Of a stretch of DNA of 64,000 nt, positions 59,101 through 64,000 are shown piece after piece; the stretch's first letter is position 1, and each line of letters opens with the position of its first letter. Below the pieces are notes generated by a model that was not told where the DNA came from, ran no database searches, and saw only the letters and a program-made list of their open reading frames with translations. Position numbers and translations under genes: made by a program. Origin of the DNA: Eledone cirrhosa (taxonomy: Eukaryota); assembly GCA_964016885.1 (NCBI GenBank), contig OZ024741.1, positions 267,158,001 to 267,222,000 on the forward strand, given 5' to 3'.

Positions 59101-62100
59101 ACGAAATATCAATATACCTTCTTGTTTGAAATGTTTGATCGTGTCTTGACATGTCTTGATGACCTTTTCACAATCTTGATCTATTTGGTTCCGTTCAGAA
59201 TCTTCCATCTGAGCTCCACTCATTAAATACCTGAAATCAAATACAACTTATATTCTTTAATATTCCAAATATTAGTAAAATAACACTTTTAGTAAAAAAC
59301 ACTAAAGTTTGTGGTGGCAAGCATGGCTATATAGTTAAGAATTTTGCTTCCCAATTATGCAGATCTGGGTTCAGTTCCACTGAACAGCACCTTAGGCAAG
59401 TATCTTCTATTAGAACCTCCAGTTGACCATTGCCTTGTGAGTGAAATTTGGTAGACAGAAACTGAATGGAAGTCCGAGTCAACCCATGTCATGATAGTGA
59501 AACTGGGTAGATAGAAACTGTTTGGAAGCCTGTTATATGGACTGCACCTGTAAAGGGTCAGCCATGTCACATTATTGTGTCACACACATTTTCATTAAGG
59601 GTGTACATGTCTGTGGAACACTCAGCTACTTACATGTTAATTCACGAGTTGCTCATCGTCGAAACCAACAGATCTATTATAAAACCCGAAGTTAATGCAT
59701 AACAAGGGAGATAACAAATTTCAAAACGTCAGATATATAACGGATATTCGACGCAGTTTTCGAGCCGCTAGAAATATCAGCTATATTTCCTGTCAAACTA
59801 CAGTCTAACGCCTTAAAATAGAAGAATACAGTAATATTTTGGTTAGTGTGTGCCCTTAATGTAATTTTCAAGGAGGTTCAACTCTTGATAGCAGGCAAAA
59901 CGGACATTAAATCAGGATGCTAATGATCATGTTCAGCATGACACAGTGGGTGACAAAACTGGCTTTTTAAATTAAATGTACAGTCGATTCGATGGTTTTT
60001 CAAACAGTTTCTGTGTACCGAATTCCACTCAGGAGGCATAGATTGACTCAAGGCTGTGGTAAACTTGGGACTTAATGATTGCGAAGTGACCTTTTTAACC
60101 AGTTGGCCATGCTGTGTCCAGTCTATTCACATACATAAACAGAGAAAAAATAGGGAACTACTTACCCACCAGCATTGACATAGTTCTTTCGGTGTTGGAG
60201 GAGGAAAGCTCTGAGCTTTGTAATGTTGGTGCACTAAAATCAAACCAACCATAAAACAGGTAAGAAAATCATTTAACAAACATCAGACATTATTATAAAC
60301 TGGGTGGTGGATTGGCATCATTTTATGTCTGTTTTTTATGCTAACATGAGTTGGACGAGCCATCGTGGTCTGAGACTAGACAATTGAAGAACCACATTTC
60401 TTTTCATAAATTCCTAATGCCAACCACTTTACAGAGTGCACTGGGTGAATTTTATTGTAATACAAGCACAACCACTTTTAAGAGATCCCCCTACCTCATA
60501 TGGTCTCTGTTTGATCAGCAATCATTTTACAGAGGGTACTGGTTGCATTTTATCATGACAGCAGAACTACTGAGGTTGCCATATCCTCAACCAGACCAAA
60601 GGTTTCTCTGAATGTTTTAATCTATTATTTTACATTCAGTATTTATGTCAAACAAAGTTATCGGTTAGGCAATGGAAGGGATGAAGAAGCACCATTGTTA
60701 GGCTGCATTTAACAGATCAGTTGGCCTTAATCCAGCTCTACTTTCTCTCTCTCCCTAAATTTGTGACATTGTACCTAAAGGATCTTCTATGTGGTTCTTT
60801 CATCTGCAAGAAATAGTATCCTACTGTCCTAAAAAAAAAAAAGGACACATTAGATAATGAATTCACTTCATATAGGAAAATAGCTGATAGAGTGTTGGAC
60901 ATCTGCTGAGGTTCACTTTGTTCTTCATCCTATCAGACTTGATAAAGAAAGTACCAGCTCAGTGCTTGGGTAGCCCTCTCTATTTCCAACAGTCAAATCC
61001 TGAATGCTCTGCTGAATCAAAAGGAGGGTTAGAAGGTTTTGACTCTTAGTGAAAGCATGCTGCATACCACCATGTCATACTCGATAGTGAGTGATGGTCG
61101 TAGTAGCATATAGGAAAATGATGAACTTAGCACCATAACTCATTTTTTTCAGCTGAGTGGCCTGAAGTAACATGAAATAAAGTGTCTTGCTCAAGGGCAC
61201 AATGCACTGCTCAGTCCAAGAATTGAACTCACAATTGTAAATCCAACACTCTAATCACTAAGCCTCGTGCCTTCATACCTGAGGCACAACATCATCATTA
61301 TTATTGTTAGCACTGCCATGTTACTAACAACTGAACTTTTGGACGCTATACTACCACATTGATGAGAATAACACCTGTTTACCTTCCTCTAGGCTTTCTT
61401 TTATCTATATTTATGGAGACATATGGCTTAGTGGTTAGAGCATTGGCCTTGCAATTGAAAGGTTGTGAGTTCAATTCTCAGACCGGGTGATGTGTTGTTT
61501 CCTTGAGCAAGACACTTTATTTCACATTGCTCCAGTTCACTCAGCTGTAGAAATGAGATGATAGGGACTGGGGTCCCTATCATTCCACTGTAAAGTGGAC
61601 GTGTAGGTGCCACGGCAAAAAAAGCACCCAGCACTCATTGTAAATGAGGTTGGTGTTAGGAAGGGCATCCAGCTGTAGAAATCAAGCCAGAATCAGTTCC
61701 CGTCCCACCCTTGCAAGCAGGGAAAACCGGACGTATGATGATGATGATGATGATATTTAGATCCTGTGAAGGCACATGGCTTAGTGTTTAGGGTAGTTAG
61801 CTTATGATCATAAGGTCATGAGTTCAATTACCGGTGGTGTGCTATGTTCTTGAGCAAGACACTTTATTTCACTTTACTTCAATCTACCGAGCTGGAAAAA
61901 AATGAGTTGTACCTGTCATTCAAAGGGTCAGCCTCGACACACACTGTGACATGCTGAATCACCTTTAGAGTTATATTAAGGGTACATGTGCACATTAATT
62001 TCACAAGCAGGCTGTTCCATTGATCAAACAACTAGAACAGTTGTTGTCAGACCCAATAGAGGTCCTATACATAGTTAGTTCTTGTATGATGAAAATAGAT

Positions 62101-63326
62101 TTTGGGGGCTTTTATCTTTTAATTCCAGAATCTGAAGAAGTCATTGCAACTGAGAGATATTAACTGTTCATTTAGAAATATATTATTTTATTTACTTATA
62201 AACACAATGCATATAAGTTTTATTTACATAGCCTACACTAAGATGGTCGTGTAAGTGTCACAACAAAAAACACCCAGCACACACTGTAAATATGGTTGGC
62301 GTTAGGAAGGGCATTCAGCCATATAAACCTAGCCAGAAACAGTCCTATATGAGCAAGACACGGTCACCTGACCAAATTTACCCTTAATGGGACAACTCGC
62401 CAAACCCATGCTAGCATGGAAAATGGACGTTAAATGTTGATGATAAAACACAATTCATATAACGAATATGATTTATAAAAGCAATAAATTAACAGAAATT
62501 AATCAGAGAAAAAAAGGAAAGAATAAAGAATTAAAAAAACAACTGAGAGGACGGATATGTGCACATTCAATTCCCTTTAAAAATTTGTTGAGGTAAACCA
62601 TGACATTTATGGCATTACTATGAGTGATAGGGGGACTAAGGTACTGGAATAGCCAAGCACCCTCATAAGTATCACCTGATACTTCAGTAAGACTGGGTGA
62701 TAGCGAGACTAAGATACTTGAATAGCGAAACACCCTCATAAACATCACCTGATATTTCAGTAAGACAGGGTGATAGCGTGACTAAGGTGCTGAAATAGCC
62801 AAGCACCCCCATGAGGATCACCTGATATTTCAGTAAGGCAAACCTTTCACGTATAATAATTTATTTCATCGTTCCAATCTAAGTTCTCTAAAGCTTCTAA
62901 CAGTAAGGGTTGAGCTTGTATCTACAGCTGGAAAGTTCCTTTCGAGGGCGCAAGCCTAGAAATCATTAAAAAAAATGAATACCAGCTGTTGGGCTTGCCG
63001 CAAGTCTTCTCTTCCCCACGACACCCATGTTGTGCAATGGAAAAATAAAGCCGCTATAGCTTGGCACCAGTTCCTCGCAGGTGAATTGAAGCCCGTAAAC
63101 AGCTGCAACAATTAACGCAAGGTATTTTGTCTGTCCGACGCCCTAATTCCATCTCCCTAGACAGGTACTTTATTTTATCGACCTCCCAAGAATGAAGGCC
63201 AAAGTTGACCTTCGTAGAGTTTGAACCCAGAAAGTAAAAAACTGGAGCAAATATCCGACGCTCCAACGATTTTTATAACCTTCTGCCTATAATCTTTTAA
63301 AACTAATGTATAGCGACACACGCTTA

Positions 63327-63358
<32 letters not shown>

Positions 63359-63917
63359 AAGTTGAAAAGGATGGGGGTAAAGTTCCATAAAAATAAAAGA
63401 TTATAGGTAAACAGTGTACACAACGGATATTTTGTGTATATACATAAGAGTCGGACTAACATAGCAGCAAGAGTAACATTTGCTACTGGCGCAACATTTT
63501 CAAAGGACCCGCACTAAATACTTTATACTAAAGTACCACGCTGCCTTTAACCTTTAAGCTACATTTTAAAACAATTTGGGGTCTCTTTATATGTATATGC
63601 TATAGGTCCTGCATTAATCTAACCCGGCATTGAATACAGGTTTGTATTCGTGGCGAACGATGAGCACTGTTGAAATTTCGAAAACAATTAGAAAATATAT
63701 TTACAAAGAAAGAAGAGAAGGGAGACGAAGGTTTTATTTGGAAACATCTCAACAAATAACTTACAACTGTTTGACATCTGTTTTCGAAATCACTCTTTTC
63801 TTTTCGAGGGGCGAGCAAAGGATGTTTACCATTGTTGTTATTTGTTGAACCTTCAGCTTTTCTTCGTGACTTGAGAGCTTTTATGGTCGCCTTGAACACG
63901 TTAGTGATATCCATCAT
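36883..63917 (-). CDS. STX18: Syntaxin-18 (ER Qa-SNARE), complete 11-exon CDS, 329 aa; complement(join(36883..36978,38094..38174,40921..40990,46332..46390,46768..46892,50767..50846,52696..52762,55930..56007,59118..59230,60166..60233,63765..63917))
   Basis: 990 nt, all GT-AG, phases consistent. [18 protein letters not shown]...[15 protein letters not shown]...ERNQIDQD...[21 protein letters not shown]...SRLEPE...FEEENQAL...[18 protein letters not shown]...[46 protein letters not shown] matches STX18 including the C-terminal TM anchor. Confidence 0.96.
37690..38060. repeat. (CACAC/CACCA/TACAC)n low-complexity pentamer repeat
   Basis: Seen directly. Confidence 0.85.
38094..38174 (-). CDS. STX18: STX18 exon 10 ([27 protein letters not shown])
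   Basis: ttgcag| acceptor, |gtaaat donor. Confidence 0.95.
38600..39290 (+). mobile_element. RTE family A 3' fragment with full 3' UTR
   Basis: [18 protein letters not shown]...; flanked by (TA)n on both sides. Confidence 0.9.
39917..40461 (+). mobile_element. RTE family A fragment, truncated at both ends
   Basis: ORF 39970..40407 is near-identical to the C-terminus of the 20435 copy. Confidence 0.92.
40921..40990 (-). CDS. STX18: STX18 exon 9 ([23 protein letters not shown])
   Basis: ttttacag| acceptor, |gtaaac donor; SNARE motif. Confidence 0.95.
41292..41398 (-). ncRNA. Decayed hammerhead ribozyme inside an extended hairpin
   Basis: Minus strand: gatgtattt CTGATGA tgacct aaataa aagtt GAAA ctcaag T g aag ctg tacatc; outer arms acatatttctctgtagatt / aatctacacagaaatatgt; G at the cleavage position. 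Confidence 0.5.
41481..43530 (+). mobile_element. RTE family B, 5'-truncated, multiple frameshifts
   Basis: ORFs 41768..43516 carry RT motifs, PHD finger and [12 protein letters not shown] then (GAT)n. Confidence 0.93.
43653..44582 (-). mobile_element. Non-autonomous Helitron
   Basis: Minus strand 5' TCTATATATATAAAA..., subterminal hairpin cccgtgcaacgccggg, 3' CTAG followed by T; internal about 145-bp tandem repeats. Confidence 0.75.
44583..45140 (-). mobile_element. Second Helitron-like element in tandem
   Basis: Terminal hairpin ctagcagaaaacc...ggttttctgctag same as the 58895-58933 Helitron end; (acag)n near the other end, boundary approximate. Confidence 0.55.
46332..46390 (-). CDS. STX18: STX18 exon 8 ([20 protein letters not shown])
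   Basis: ttttag| acceptor, |gtaagt donor. Confidence 0.93.
46768..46892 (-). CDS. STX18: STX18 exon 7 (variable linker ending [13 protein letters not shown])
   Basis: tttcag| acceptor, |gtatat donor; SPEE motif preceding the SNARE domain. Confidence 0.85.
46997..48715 (-). mobile_element. RTE family C, 5'-truncated, with stop and deletions, full 3' UTR
   Basis: ORF 48091..48828 ([17 protein letters not shown]), PHD finger, ORF 47298..47600. Confidence 0.93.
50278..50624. mobile_element. pogo/Tigger-like (Tc1-mariner) MITE
   Basis: ta|cagtggaaccttggttcac ... gtgaactaaggttccaccg|ta, TA TSD. Confidence 0.8.
50767..50846 (-). CDS. STX18: STX18 exon 6 ([26 protein letters not shown])
   Basis: ttgacag| acceptor, |gtaaaa donor; SxLEPE motif, phases fit. 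Confidence 0.85.
50890..51200 (+). mobile_element. Possible decayed L1/Tx1-type LINE 3' end
   Basis: [26 protein letters not shown] resembles a Tx1-type ORF2 C-terminus from memory; not verified. Confidence 0.3.
51645..52203 (+). mobile_element. RTE (family A-related) 3' fragment with 3' UTR
   Basis: [14 protein letters not shown]...[12 protein letters not shown]; (TA)n on both sides. Confidence 0.85.
52696..52762 (-). CDS. STX18: STX18 exon 5 ([21 protein letters not shown])
   Basis: tttgcag| acceptor, |gtaagt donor. Confidence 0.95.
54281..55545 (-). mobile_element. RTE family B fragment with internal deletion
   Basis: ORF 54607..55536 ([19 protein letters not shown]), then jumps to the MLHGSETW region. 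Confidence 0.92.
55930..56007 (-). CDS. STX18: STX18 exon 4 ([26 protein letters not shown])
   Basis: ttgcag| acceptor, |gtaagc donor. Confidence 0.9.
56957..57271. mobile_element. hAT (Charlie/Buster-type) MITE
   Basis: TIR cagggg...cccctg; 8-bp TSD gtctagag at 56949-56956 and 57272-57279. Confidence 0.88.
58431..58933 (+). mobile_element. Non-autonomous Helitron inserted in a TTAA/CCCTTT-type MITE
   Basis: A|TC...hairpin-CTAG|T, no TSD; empty site taagttacta|tcttagtaat is present in the paralogous MITE near 3190-3215 (- strand). Confidence 0.85.
59118..59230 (-). CDS. STX18: STX18 exon 3 ([37 protein letters not shown])
   Basis: tttcag| acceptor, |gtatat donor. Confidence 0.93.
59315..59660 (+). 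mobile_element. tRNA/CORE-type SINE (family S3)
   Basis: ggcaagcatggctatatagttaag...gggttcagttcc...ccttaggcaagtatcttctat. Confidence 0.7.
60166..60233 (-). CDS. STX18: STX18 exon 2 ([22 protein letters not shown])
   Basis: ttttag| acceptor, |gtaagt donor. Confidence 0.93.
62625..62840. repeat. About 73-bp tandem repeat, 3 copies, in STX18 intron 1
   Basis: gactaagg...aatagccaagcaccc...atcacctgata...tcagtaag repeated. Confidence 0.75.
63765..63917 (-). CDS. STX18: STX18 exon 1 ([13 protein letters not shown]...ENRCQTV)
   Basis: ATG at 63917, |gtaagt donor at 63764. Confidence 0.93.
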
Positions 63918-64000
63918 AGTTTTTTTCTTGGAGTTTTTTAGCTTCAGCTGTCATAACAGACAGTGTTAATAAAAAATCTAATTCGGATTTATAAAATGAA

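Noticed and set aside
62131-62165. ctgaagaagtca...tgagagat as another hammerhead
   Set aside because: GAAA core and stems I/III are not recoverable.

Overview
AT-rich, repeat-dense eukaryotic genomic DNA, inferred to be from an octopod/coleoid cephalopod (tRNA/CORE-type SINE heads, RTE LINEs with (GAT)n tails, decayed C2H2 zinc fingers). It holds two convergent spliced genes that I reconstructed by hand with GT-AG junctions and consistent phases: the last 10 coding exons of a KCTD9 orthologue (+, 393..31453; 5' exons upstream of the window) and a complete 11-exon syntaxin-18 (-, 63917..36883, 329 aa). The introns are packed with at least three RTE LINE families carrying a PHD-type finger inside the reverse transcriptase, SINEs sharing their 3' tails, an R4/Dong remnant, Helitrons, hAT/pogo/piggyBac-like MITEs, two large SINE-derived tandem arrays (53 bp and 38 bp units) and TA/CA microsatellites. 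Most notable: a perfect 362-bp spacer-less palindrome with a minimal hammerhead ribozyme in each arm (Penelope-like), further hammerhead motifs, retroposons whose ends repeatedly abut (TA)n tracts and often sit as head-to-head pairs, and a 3' module shared between LINEs and SINEs. All calls are by eye; no searches were run.
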